Origin: a virus | Lineage: Duplodnaviria > Heunggongvirae > Uroviricota > Caudoviricetes | Strand: one strand, 5' to 3' | Length of the DNA stretch: 39,543 nt | Virus record (IMG/VR): IMGVR_UViG_2541047868_000004 | In this document: positions 29,530 through 38,295 of the stretch, piece after piece | How positions within the stretch are numbered: the first letter of the stretch is position 1 | How the letters are laid out: every line of letters starts with the position of its first letter | Notes under the pieces: generated by a model | Database searches by the model: none | The model's input: only the letters and a program-made list of their open reading frames with translations | Told to the model about the DNA's origin: nothing | Made by a program: the position numbers and the translations under genes

Positions 29530-30216
29530 ATGGATAAATACGAACAAAGACGACTAAGGCTGATAGAGATAAGAGACCGATTCTGTAATGGAAAGGCCTC
29601 AGAGTTGGCTCGTCGAATAGAAAGGGAACCATCATACGTTTCCAGAATGCTGTATCCGGAAGGAAAAAGCGGAAAAAAACGCATTGCTGACGATATGATG
29701 GAACTAATTGAAAAATCTTTTAATCTCCCACGCGGATGGATGGACATGCTTGCAGATAGCAAAGTTGGATCTGCAGACCATCTTGAGTTTGCGGGTAACG
29801 TTCGTGCGGGTTTTGTTCCGGTAATTGGTGAAGCCGTTTTGGGAGTTGATGGCTCAGTGGATATGATTGAATTCAGATCCGGTTGGTTAAGCATCTACAG
29901 TGGCGATAAAGATGCTTACGGTCTGAAGGTTAAGGGTGACAGCATGTGGCCAAGGATTCAGTCAGGAGAATATGTTGTTATTGAACCAAATACGCCAGTA
30001 CATCCAGGTGATGAAGTCTTTGTAAGGACCAAAGATGGTCATAACATGATAAAGATCATGAACAAAACAAGAGACGGAGACTATCAGTTTAGTAGTATAA
30101 ACAGCGATCACCGTCCAATCACTCTTCCTGTTGAAGAAGTTGATAAAATGCATTTTGTTTCAGCTATTGTGAAACACACTAGGTACGTAGACCAGGACGA
30201 TCTGCCAAAATTTTGA
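29530..30216 (+). CDS. cI: CI-type prophage repressor with C-terminal S24 (LexA-like) autopeptidase domain
   Basis: 228 aa; N-terminal DNA-binding region; C-terminal GDSMWP…K motifs of S24 peptidases. Confidence 0.8.
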   Translation: MDKYEQRRLRLIEIRDRFCNGKASELARRIEREPSYVSRMLYPEGKSGKKRIADDMMELIEKSFNLPRGWMDMLADSKVGSADHLEFAGNVRAGFVPVIGEAVLGVDGSVDMIEFRSGWLSIYSGDKDAYGLKVKGDSMWPRIQSGEYVVIEPNTPVHPGDEVFVRTKDGHNMIKIMNKTRDGDYQFSSINSDHRPITLPVEEVDKMHFVSAIVKHTRYVDQDDLPKF

Positions 30217-30230
30217 GGATAAAGCAGCAA

Positions 30231-30527
30231 ATGTTTATACCAGGTATAGTGGTCGCTGTTGTAATCATCTGCTTCATATGGGCAAAGTTATCTCCTGTAA
30301 GCTCTAAGCATACAGCTGAACTCATGAAGAAGAAGCATCTTATACATGAGGCAGAAACGATAATTAAGAAGTTCAAAGGCATGTCATATGACGACATGTC
30401 ATCAGATCAGATTGCTATGTATAAATGCGCCATTGAGCGTCTTGACTACTTAAACGGACTCAAACCCAAACACACCCCGGTAGAATCAAAATTGCCGCAA
30501 TGGCCAAGCAATCCAAATAGCTTCTGA
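30231..30527 (+). CDS. Small single-pass membrane protein co-transcribed with cI (moron)
   Basis: ATG 30231 with SD GAGGA; N-terminal TMD (FIPGIVVAVVIICFIW); followed by a strong terminator; ORF track starts at a TTG (30213). Confidence 0.55.
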   Translation: MFIPGIVVAVVIICFIWAKLSPVSSKHTAELMKKKHLIHEAETIIKKFKGMSYDDMSSDQIAMYKCAIERLDYLNGLKPKHTPVESKLPQWPSNPNSF

Positions 30528-30537
30528 CATCTCCTTT

Positions 30538-30560
30538 CAGCCCGCAAAGCGGGCTTTTTT
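30538..30560 (+). terminator. Intrinsic terminator after the cI operon
   Basis: AGCCCGCAAAGCGGGCT followed by TTTTTT. Confidence 0.8.
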
Positions 30561-30580
30561 ATATCAATCCAAAAAATTAA

Positions 30581-30661
30581 TTACCTGAAAATTCAAACAG
30601 GTAAACTCTCACACCAATTTTATTTACCTGCAGGTATAGACAACAGTTTTACCTGTAGGTA
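30581..30661. promoter_or_regulatory. OL operators / pL region
   Basis: Operator-like repeats TTTACCTGCAGGTA (30623..30636) and TTTACCTGTAGGTA (30648..30661), same consensus as OR; TTACCTG…CAGGTAA at 30581..30607. Confidence 0.6.
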
Positions 30662-30705
30662 TATTTTAAGCCATCAGCAGGACGCACTAACCACCATGAA
30701 GGTGA

Positions 30706-30736
30706 TGCTCTTAAAAATTAAGCCCTGAAGAAGGGC
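30706..30736 (+). promoter_or_regulatory. nutL (boxA-like TGCTCTTAA, boxB GCCCTGAAGAAGGGC)
   Basis: Matches lambda nutL as recalled; upstream of N. Confidence 0.8.
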
Positions 30737-30893
30737 AGCATTCAAAGCAGAAGGCTTTGGTGTGTGTGATACGAAACGAAGCATTGGCCGGAAGTGCGAA
30801 TCCGGATTAGCTGCCAATGTGCCATTGCGGGGTGTTTTCGTTCAGGACTACGACTCCCACACACAACCAAAGCTAACTGACAGGAGAATCCAG

Positions 30894-31791
<898 letters not shown>

Positions 31792-31914
31792 TTAAAAGAC
31801 AGGCATACTAATAAACACTGCACTGTGTATTCATTCCAACGAGTGAATACACGGAGCAATGTCGCTCGTAACTAAACAGGAGCCGACTTGTTCTGATTAT
31901 TGGAAATCTTCTTT

Positions 31915-31941
31915 GCCCTCTAATGTGAGGGCGATTTTTTT
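31915..31941 (+). terminator. Intrinsic terminator (tL1-like) in early-left operon
   Basis: GCCCTCTAATGTGAGGGC followed by GATTTTTTT. Confidence 0.75.
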
Positions 31942-31953
31942 GACGGAGGAATT

Positions 31954-32370
31954 ATGGAAATTGCAGATATTCTGGTTAATCCAGATAATTACGACCAATT
32001 CAATATCTCTACTCAATCAGTTGATTTGGGATGTGCAACTGTCAGCGCATGGCTACTTAATGGTAAACAGTTGGATAAATGCCTTGATGCACATATGACG
32101 GTTAACAGCTTCCTTGCAGAAAAAACACACTGGCAAGATGCAGGAGGGAAATATGCTGGATGGCTTGAAAGCATGGGATTTGAATATCAATCTGATGAAG
32201 GTTGGTGGAGCCTTATAGCTGTAACTCCTGAGACAATAGAATGCTTCGTTAAATACTCAAACGACGATGACTATAAACACCAGGTAGACTCTGCGATAGA
32301 AAGATATAAAAGAAAATCATTCAACCACGAAATATCATCAGTTCTTGATTTCATAGAAGTCTTCAAATAA
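31954..32370 (+). CDS. Hypothetical acidic early protein
   Basis: 138 aa; SD GGAGGA upstream; Asp/Glu-rich; first plus-strand gene after tL1-like terminator. Confidence 0.55.
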   Translation: MEIADILVNPDNYDQFNISTQSVDLGCATVSAWLLNGKQLDKCLDAHMTVNSFLAEKTHWQDAGGKYAGWLESMGFEYQSDEGWWSLIAVTPETIECFVKYSNDDDYKHQVDSAIERYKRKSFNHEISSVLDFIEVFK

Positions 32371-32453
32371 GCCGCCAAGCGCGGCTTTACCGCACACCAA
32401 TAACGCTTCACTTGAGGCGTTTTCGTTATGCAATCAAACAGAAGGAGCATCCT

Positions 32454-32624
32454 ATGCAACAGTTCGCTATTGCAGGGGCGGCATCGGTTCGCCCTTTCAA
32501 CCCAATTTTATCGGTGCAGCATTCACGAAAAAATATTTTAACCGGAGCAGACTTTAAACAACCTCGCGTTAAGAGCTTGCTGGATCGTCTTGTTGAGTTT
32601 CTGAATCAAAAGGTACATCCATGA
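32454..32624 (+). CDS. Small hypothetical early protein
   Basis: ORF 32412..32624; likely start ATG 32454 (MQQFAIAG…) with AAGGAG upstream. Confidence 0.4.
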   Translation: MQQFAIAGAASVRPFNPILSVQHSRKNILTGADFKQPRVKSLLDRLVEFLNQKVHP

Positions 32625-32785
32625 AAAAACCAACTTACGAGGAACTGGAAGAAGCCCTGAAAGAGCTTAGAAGAATGGCTTTCGCCAGACGCACTAACTC
32701 TCACAACTGCGGCCCATTTCAGTACTCTGATTTATGCGAGGACATCATTGAGGTAACTCAACTGATTAAGGTCGTTAAGCAATGA
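32621..32785 (+). CDS. Small hypothetical early protein
   Basis: 54-aa ORF (MKKPTYEELEEALKELRRMAF…) translated by hand; ATGA coupling with upstream gene. Confidence 0.35.
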   Translation: MKKPTYEELEEALKELRRMAFARRTNSHNCGPFQYSDLCEDIIEVTQLIKVVKQ

Positions 32786-32866
32786 GCGTTGCGGATACAT
32801 GGTCAGACGAAGAATTCATTCGTCAGATGAACAAAATGCTCAATCAGCACAAAGAACAGGAGAAAG

Positions 32867-33178
32867 ATGATGATTCTGACTCTGAATGATAAGCGTGAAA
32901 TATCGCAAATAATCGCAAGTTTTACCGATGATGATTACGAACGAATCAACAGTGAAGTTGATCGTCTCTGCAAACGTTGCGACCCAATAAGCGAAATGCT
33001 TCGCTCATATAAACCAGATGAACACACTAAGGACGCTATCGACTGGCTGGAAGATGATGACTGTAACTATCAGGAAAAAGCCGCTGAATGGTTCTGGGAT
33101 GCAATAACCGAAAGAGTTAAGGCTGAATATGCCTTCGCAATATTCAAACGCAGACACATTTATGGAGAAGCAGCATGA
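32867..33178 (+). CDS. Hypothetical early protein upstream of recT
   Basis: 103 aa; acidic; ATGA coupling to recT. Confidence 0.5.
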   Translation: MMILTLNDKREISQIIASFTDDDYERINSEVDRLCKRCDPISEMLRSYKPDEHTKDAIDWLEDDDCNYQEKAAEWFWDAITERVKAEYAFAIFKRRHIYGEAA

Positions 33179-34086
33179 GCAATATCGTTGAATTCGTTAA
33201 ACAGCAGGAGCAGTTATTCTGCGGAGCATTGACTGAACAGACGGTGACATGGGCTAAGGAAAGCCAGTTTGCAATTCAGTATTTCCAGAAAAATGATTGC
33301 CTGGCTAAAACAGCACTGGCAAATCCAACCAGTGCACAGAACGCCATCATCAATGTTGCGGCGATCGGCATCACCTTAAACCCGGCCAGCAAACTGGCTT
33401 ATCTGGTTCCGCGCGACGGCATGGTTTGCCTTGATATCAGTTATATGGGATTGCTCCATATTGCAATGGAGTCTGGTGTTATCTCATGGGGTCAGGCAAA
33501 ACTTGTTCATGCTAACGATACCTATGAGTCAAACGGGCTTGATAAAGCACCAACCCATAAATACAACGCCTTCGGTGATCGTGGTGATATCGTTGGCGTT
33601 TACTGCACAGTTAAGACGCCGGCAGGTGATTATCTAACGGAAGAGATGAGTCTGGCTGAAATTGAGGCTGTAAGGAAAACAAGCAAGGCGGCATTCAGCG
33701 ATAAAGGACCATGGGTAAATCACTGGAATGAGATGGCGCGAAAGACGGTCGTAAAGCGTGCAAGCAAGTATTGGCCTAAGGCATCACGTCTTGATAGTGC
33801 TATTCACGTACTAAACGAAGAAGAAGGTGTGTGGACTGAACCAGTTATGCCGCACAAATCAGAGGAAGATATCCGCGAAGATGAACGGAAACGCCAGCAG
33901 GAAATAATGGATAAAGCACAACTTCTTTGCGATGAAATGGCTCAGGCAGAAAACATGGACGATTTGAAGCGATATTTTGCAGAAGCATATCGCCTGACAT
34001 CTGGAATGAAATTGCAGCAGAACGTACAAGCCATTTACGCAGAATGCAAAGCGAAACTGGAGGTTGCCAGTGAGCAAACTATATGA
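33175..34086 (+). CDS. recT: RecT-family single-strand annealing protein
   Basis: 303 aa; motif …GPWVNHWNEMARKTVVKRASKYWP… resembles E. coli RecT (…GPWVTHWEEMAKKTAIRRLFKYLP…). Confidence 0.8.
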   Translation: MSNIVEFVKQQEQLFCGALTEQTVTWAKESQFAIQYFQKNDCLAKTALANPTSAQNAIINVAAIGITLNPASKLAYLVPRDGMVCLDISYMGLLHIAMESGVISWGQAKLVHANDTYESNGLDKAPTHKYNAFGDRGDIVGVYCTVKTPAGDYLTEEMSLAEIEAVRKTSKAAFSDKGPWVNHWNEMARKTVVKRASKYWPKASRLDSAIHVLNEEEGVWTEPVMPHKSEEDIREDERKRQQEIMDKAQLLCDEMAQAENMDDLKRYFAEAYRLTSGMKLQQNVQAIYAECKAKLEVASEQTI

Positions 34087-34552
34087 AATTGCCAATGAAT
34101 ACGCAAAATTGATGGATTCAGATTTAGAACCAGAGATGATTGCTGACACAATAGAAGGCATGGAAGGAGAATTTACCGATAAAATAGAGCAACTTCTTTC
34201 CATTATTAAAAATGAATCTGGTTATGCCGAACGCCTCAAGGAAGAGGCAAAGTCACTGAATGAGCGAGCCGCAGTAATTCAAAATAAGATTGACAGCATC
34301 AAATCATATATAGCGTCATCGCTTGAAATGGTTGGCAAGAAAAATATTCGAGCAGGTATTCACCAGGTAACAATCCGCAAACCGTCAGAAACTGTAGAAA
34401 TCATCGACTCAAGCGCCCTTCCTCCTGAATACGTTGAGTTTGAAACGACAATTAAAGCCGACAAACTGGCAATCAAACACCAACTAAAAGCAGGAATAAA
34501 TATCCCCGGCGCTCAACTCAAAGTTGGGAAACCTTCACTTCTTATCAAATAA
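34070..34552 (+). CDS. Gp157-like protein (recombination-module associated), function uncertain
   Basis: ~160 aa; probable GTG start 34070 with GGAGG upstream; coiled-coil; immediately after recT. Confidence 0.45.
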   Translation: MSKLYEIANEYAKLMDSDLEPEMIADTIEGMEGEFTDKIEQLLSIIKNESGYAERLKEEAKSLNERAAVIQNKIDSIKSYIASSLEMVGKKNIRAGIHQVTIRKPSETVEIIDSSALPPEYVEFETTIKADKLAIKHQLKAGINIPGAQLKVGKPSLLIK

Positions 34553-34563
34553 CGGTATCGCCT

Positions 34564-34878
34564 ATGAAAAAGACTCCATGGGAGAAATGGGAAGTCGATT
34601 TCTTGCGCGAAGTAGCGGCGACAATGCCAGTTGAAGTTATCGCTGAAAAACTGGAAAGGACTGAAAAAGCAGTAATGGCGAAAGCAACAAGGATTGGCGC
34701 TGACATTGTTAGCCGACTTCGTGGAAGACGCTGGACAAGAGCCGAAGTATCACTTTTCGGTAAGTTCTCCGCAGAAGAAATAGCAATTGCAACCTGCCGC
34801 TCAATTTATTCAGTAAGAGCTATGCGATACAAGCTAAAAAAACTCGATGAAGAAAGAGAAGGCATACGAATAAATTAA
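34564..34878 (+). CDS. Hypothetical early protein
   Basis: 104-aa basic ORF in early-left operon. Confidence 0.45.
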   Translation: MKKTPWEKWEVDFLREVAATMPVEVIAEKLERTEKAVMAKATRIGADIVSRLRGRRWTRAEVSLFGKFSAEEIAIATCRSIYSVRAMRYKLKKLDEEREGIRIN

Positions 34879-34894
34879 CATGGAGTAATTAACA

Positions 34895-35176
34895 ATGAAG
34901 CTAAACATCGACCTAGGCAAATACGTTATTACCGGAACAAAACACGATCTGATTCTTAGTGAAATAGGAGTTATCAAAGAAGGTGATAATGCAGGGAAAG
35001 AAACATTAAGTCGTATCGGTTATTACAGCAAGTTTGAGCATCTGGTAAAAGAGTTATGCAACCGTGAAATCCTGTTATCTCAGGCGCAGACGCTACAGGA
35101 TATTCAGCAGCATATCGAGACTTTAGGTGTATCACTTAGCATGGCTATTGACCAGTTCGTGGAGAGTAAATCATGA
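34895..35176 (+). CDS. Hypothetical early protein
   Basis: 93-aa ORF with GGAG upstream. Confidence 0.45.
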   Translation: MKLNIDLGKYVITGTKHDLILSEIGVIKEGDNAGKETLSRIGYYSKFEHLVKELCNREILLSQAQTLQDIQQHIETLGVSLSMAIDQFVESKS

Positions 35177-35337
35177 GAGGACTTGCATACAATCCCGGCA
35201 TTCTTCCGGCAGAAATGATTATTCGCCAGCGCGTAAAGCCAATGCCATCGAGAGAGGAATTGCTTAAGAGAAATTCTTTTCCGTCAGTGAATCAAAACAA
35301 ATATCTGAATGCGATGTGGTGGAGTGGAAAGAAATGA
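35173..35337 (+). CDS. Small hypothetical early protein
   Basis: 54-aa ORF ([20 protein letters not shown]…) with GGAG upstream and ATGA coupling. Confidence 0.35.
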   Translation: MRGLAYNPGILPAEMIIRQRVKPMPSREELLKRNSFPSVNQNKYLNAMWWSGKK

Positions 35338-35732
35338 AACAAATGACACTAATTGAGATGGATGGTTTTCTGAAAGGTAAATGCATCCCACGAGATTTAA
35401 AGGTTAACGAAACAAATGCTGAGTATCTGGTGCGTAAATTTGCTGAAGCGGAGGCCAAGTGCGCGGCGCTGGCTGCTGAAGTTGAGGCTGTGAAATCAGC
35501 ACATCAAGATGCTGTAAACACCATCATGTATACCGCCAATCGAACGGGTGTTTTATACACTGAGAAGGCAATTCAAATGTCCTGCAAAACCCCGGCCACC
35601 GACGCTTTCCTGGCTGAAGTACGGGCGCAGGGGGTTGAGATGATGCGCGAACACCCATCAATCAAACTTTGCTCTTTGACGCACATATGTGACGAGTTAG
35701 CCGCCCAGCTTCGCAAAGGAGTTCAGTTATGA
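35334..35732 (+). CDS. Hypothetical early protein, paralog A (shared C-terminal module)
   Basis: ORF 35316..35732; probable start ATG 35334; C-terminal 43 aa nearly identical to gene at 35959..36444. Confidence 0.5.
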   Translation: MKQMTLIEMDGFLKGKCIPRDLKVNETNAEYLVRKFAEAEAKCAALAAEVEAVKSAHQDAVNTIMYTANRTGVLYTEKAIQMSCKTPATDAFLAEVRAQGVEMMREHPSIKLCSLTHICDELAAQLRKGVQL

Positions 35733-35962
35733 GCATCCGAACTGAACATGGATTTGGTCCGTTAACGGTCGAAGTCGAATGGCTTGATGATTGCCCTAAG
35801 TGCCAGCACGGCAAAGCCAAGGTAACAGGATGGTCGGTAACCAAAGATTCTTTGTGGGCGGGTGATGAGGCCGTCTGTTCCAAATGCGGTCACAAAGGTG
35901 AAATCGATGCTGATGGAGAGAATGCCTGGGTGGAATGGGACGAAATCGAGGAGGCACAATGA
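35729..35962 (+). CDS. Small zinc-ribbon protein
   Basis: 77 aa; CPKCQHG…CSKCGHKG four-Cys motif; ATGA coupling. Confidence 0.5.
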   Translation: MSIRTEHGFGPLTVEVEWLDDCPKCQHGKAKVTGWSVTKDSLWAGDEAVCSKCGHKGEIDADGENAWVEWDEIEEAQ

Positions 35963-36444
35963 GCAACATCGACACACTGGCGCTGCGTGAGGCGGCAGAA
36001 GCAATAAAAGTCGTGGCAACGCCGCAAAAATTGCTTGCGTTTCGTATGAAGGTCACACCGCAGGTTGTGCTGGCGCTACTGGATGAAATTAAGCGGCTGG
36101 AGGACACAAATATTGATGCAATGTGCCGAATTGCAGAGCTTGAGACTAATCTCGCGGCGCTGTCGGCGGAGAGTGAGCTGGCTCGTAAAGCAGTTCAGGC
36201 ATTTTGCGATGTTGTTGGCGACAGCACCGAGGTTATCTGTGAGGAGATTGGGAGAGATGGCGTTCTGGTTATTTTGGAGGCCATGAAGGCAACAGGAAAT
36301 ATGCCAGCCACTGATGCTTTCCTGTCTGAAGTGCGGGCACAGGGGGTAGAGATGATGCGAGAACACCCATCAATCAAACTTTGCTCTTTGACGCACATAT
36401 GTGACGAGTTAGCCGCCCAGCTTCGCAAAGGAGGCAGCCAGTGA
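35959..36444 (+). CDS. Hypothetical early protein, paralog B (shared C-terminal module)
   Basis: ORF 35935..36444; probable start ATG 35959 with GAGGAGG upstream; C-terminus matches paralog A. Confidence 0.5.
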   Translation: MSNIDTLALREAAEAIKVVATPQKLLAFRMKVTPQVVLALLDEIKRLEDTNIDAMCRIAELETNLAALSAESELARKAVQAFCDVVGDSTEVICEEIGRDGVLVILEAMKATGNMPATDAFLSEVRAQGVEMMREHPSIKLCSLTHICDELAAQLRKGGSQ

Positions 36445-37160
36445 GCAAGATTGACTATCAGGTACTGCGTGAAAAGGCAGAGAAAGCAACGTGTGGTGTG
36501 TGGTCGCTCGAATATGGAGAGGGCCGATTTGATGGTGATGATGCACTAATTCATCGCGAGGCTGCTGGATATATTCCAATTTGCAGAATTGAAGGAGCGC
36601 ATCCAGAAAGCGGTTTCGATGAAGATTTCCAAATGGAACAGCAGGCCAATGCTGAATTCATCGCCGCAGCCAATCCGGCTACCGTCTTGGCGCTGCTGGG
36701 CGAGCTGGAAACAGCAAAAAAGCGCATAGCAGAACTGGAAGCCGAACCTGTAAGCCAAGCTTACAACTTGCCAGAATTAATCGAAGGCATGGAAGTTTCC
36801 ATTGATGTAAGTACTTGTGATGCTGATTTAGGTAATCGCTATTTCGGCACCGTCACCGAGGCGTTAGAACTTGATACTGCCAAGAATGGTTACATCCTCC
36901 TGGTTCAGGACGCAGAGCCAAACTTCGATGTAAATGGCAACTCTCCGGTAACTCCGGATGGTTGGATAAGCTGTAGTGATCGAATGCCGGATACCAAAAC
37001 AGCCGTTCTTGTTGCCGTGGAGTTTGACAGGAAAGGTGACTGGCGAATGAAATGGGCGACTTACATCCCGGGTCATCCTGACGCTAATGATGGGTGGATA
37101 ATTCCTGGTGCGTCGTGGAAACCGTCACACTGGATGCCGCTACCAGAGCCTCCACTTTGA
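36441..37160 (+). CDS. Hypothetical early protein with DUF551-like C-terminus
   Basis: 239 aa; GTG start with AAGGAGG upstream; C-terminal …WKPSHWMPLPEPPL resembles DUF551 endings. Confidence 0.45.
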   Translation: MSKIDYQVLREKAEKATCGVWSLEYGEGRFDGDDALIHREAAGYIPICRIEGAHPESGFDEDFQMEQQANAEFIAAANPATVLALLGELETAKKRIAELEAEPVSQAYNLPELIEGMEVSIDVSTCDADLGNRYFGTVTEALELDTAKNGYILLVQDAEPNFDVNGNSPVTPDGWISCSDRMPDTKTAVLVAVEFDRKGDWRMKWATYIPGHPDANDGWIIPGASWKPSHWMPLPEPPL

Positions 37161-37256
37161 AAGCGAAGCTTATACATATCTTTTACATCAGCAATCTATT
37201 GTTAATCTCCAATCAATGTTACGTTGTCATCTCACTCATGCTTTGGAGGTAGTGAT

Positions 37257-37436
37257 ATGTCTTGTCCAAAATGCGGTTCTGGAAATATTGCAAAAGAAAA
37301 AACAATGCGTGGATGGTCTGATGATTATGTGTGCTGCGATTGCGGATACAACTACTCTAAAGACGCATTTGGAGAGCGTGGTAAAAACGAGTTTGTCAAA
37401 ATTAATAAAGAACGCGAAGGCAACGAAAAAAGCTAA
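37257..37436 (+). CDS. Small zinc-ribbon protein
   Basis: 59 aa from ATG 37257 with GGAGG upstream; CPKCGSG…CCDCGYN. Confidence 0.45.
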   Translation: MSCPKCGSGNIAKEKTMRGWSDDYVCCDCGYNYSKDAFGERGKNEFVKINKEREGNEKS

Positions 37437-37500
37437 TTTATTTATTCATATATGAAAACAATGTAACCAATATTCGAATTGAAGAACTGAAAGAACACCA

Positions 37501-37525
37501 AGCCGCCTGATGGCGGTTTTTTATT
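37501..37525 (+). terminator. Intrinsic terminator before xis
   Basis: GCCGCCTGATGGCGG followed by TTTTTTATT. Confidence 0.75.
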
Positions 37526-37567
37526 GCCTGATTTGCAGGTTCGATTCCCTATTCGGAGATAGCACTC

Positions 37568-37768
37568 ATGCAACACGAACTACAACCTGATTCACTGGTT
37601 GATTTGAAATTCATCATGGCCGATACTGGCTTCGGTAAAACCTTCATCTACGACCGGATTAAGTCCGGCGACCTGCCAAAAGCCAAAGTTATCCACGGGC
37701 GAGCAAGATGGTTATATCGTGACCATTGTGAATTCAAAAATAAGCTCTTAAGCCGCGCCAATGGGTAA
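37568..37768 (+). CDS. xis: Excisionase / AlpA-family DNA-binding protein
   Basis: 66 aa; AlpA-like HTH region (…FIMADTGFGKTFIYDRIKSGDLPKAKVIHGRARW…); last phage gene before att core. Confidence 0.65.
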   Translation: MQHELQPDSLVDLKFIMADTGFGKTFIYDRIKSGDLPKAKVIHGRARWLYRDHCEFKNKLLSRANG

Positions 37769-37840
37769 AATAGCGGGTAAAATATTTTTCACATCTAAAA
37801 AACACCATTCCAATCAATCCCCTGCCGCGTCAAGTAGATG

Positions 37841-37856
37841 TCTGCAGGGGACACCA
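37841..37856 (+). other. Prophage attachment-site core (attR): duplicated 3' end of tRNA-Arg (argW)
   Basis: TCTGCAGGGGACACCA matches the 3' end of argW (…TTCGATTCCTGCAGGGGACACCA) as recalled from memory; located 73 bp after xis. Confidence 0.6.
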
Positions 37857-38295
37857 GATACCCTTCAAACGATATCTACCTTCACCCCGTAAAAGATAAG
37901 TTTGGCAGCACATTTGCCCTATCTACTCATTTTTCCTGCAACAGGTTGAAATCTCAACACGGTCAGAAAACGCTGATGACTAAACAGCCCTGGGCTGGGC
38001 GATGTAACCATCACACACAATCCTGATCGCGAAATATGGCGTGACTTGATACTTCACTCCACAATGCTTTCCTTGATGAATTCGCAGGCCCGTGATACAC
38101 GGGACAGGTCGCTGAATTACGACAATGCCCTGGAAATCAGCGAGCCGTGTATCCGGAGTACATTTGAGCGACTGTACCAGAACATGAATGAGGCGTTTGG
38201 ATTAGGCGATTATTAGCAGGGCTAAGCATTTTGGTATTATTATTTTCCGGTTGAGGGATATAGAGCTATCGACAACAACCGGAAAAAGTTTACGT

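Noticed and set aside
37838-38026. 62-aa ORF overlapping the att core
   Set aside because: Spans the attachment-site core and host-side junction, has no SD sequence, and reads across what is better explained as a tRNA 3' end duplicate.
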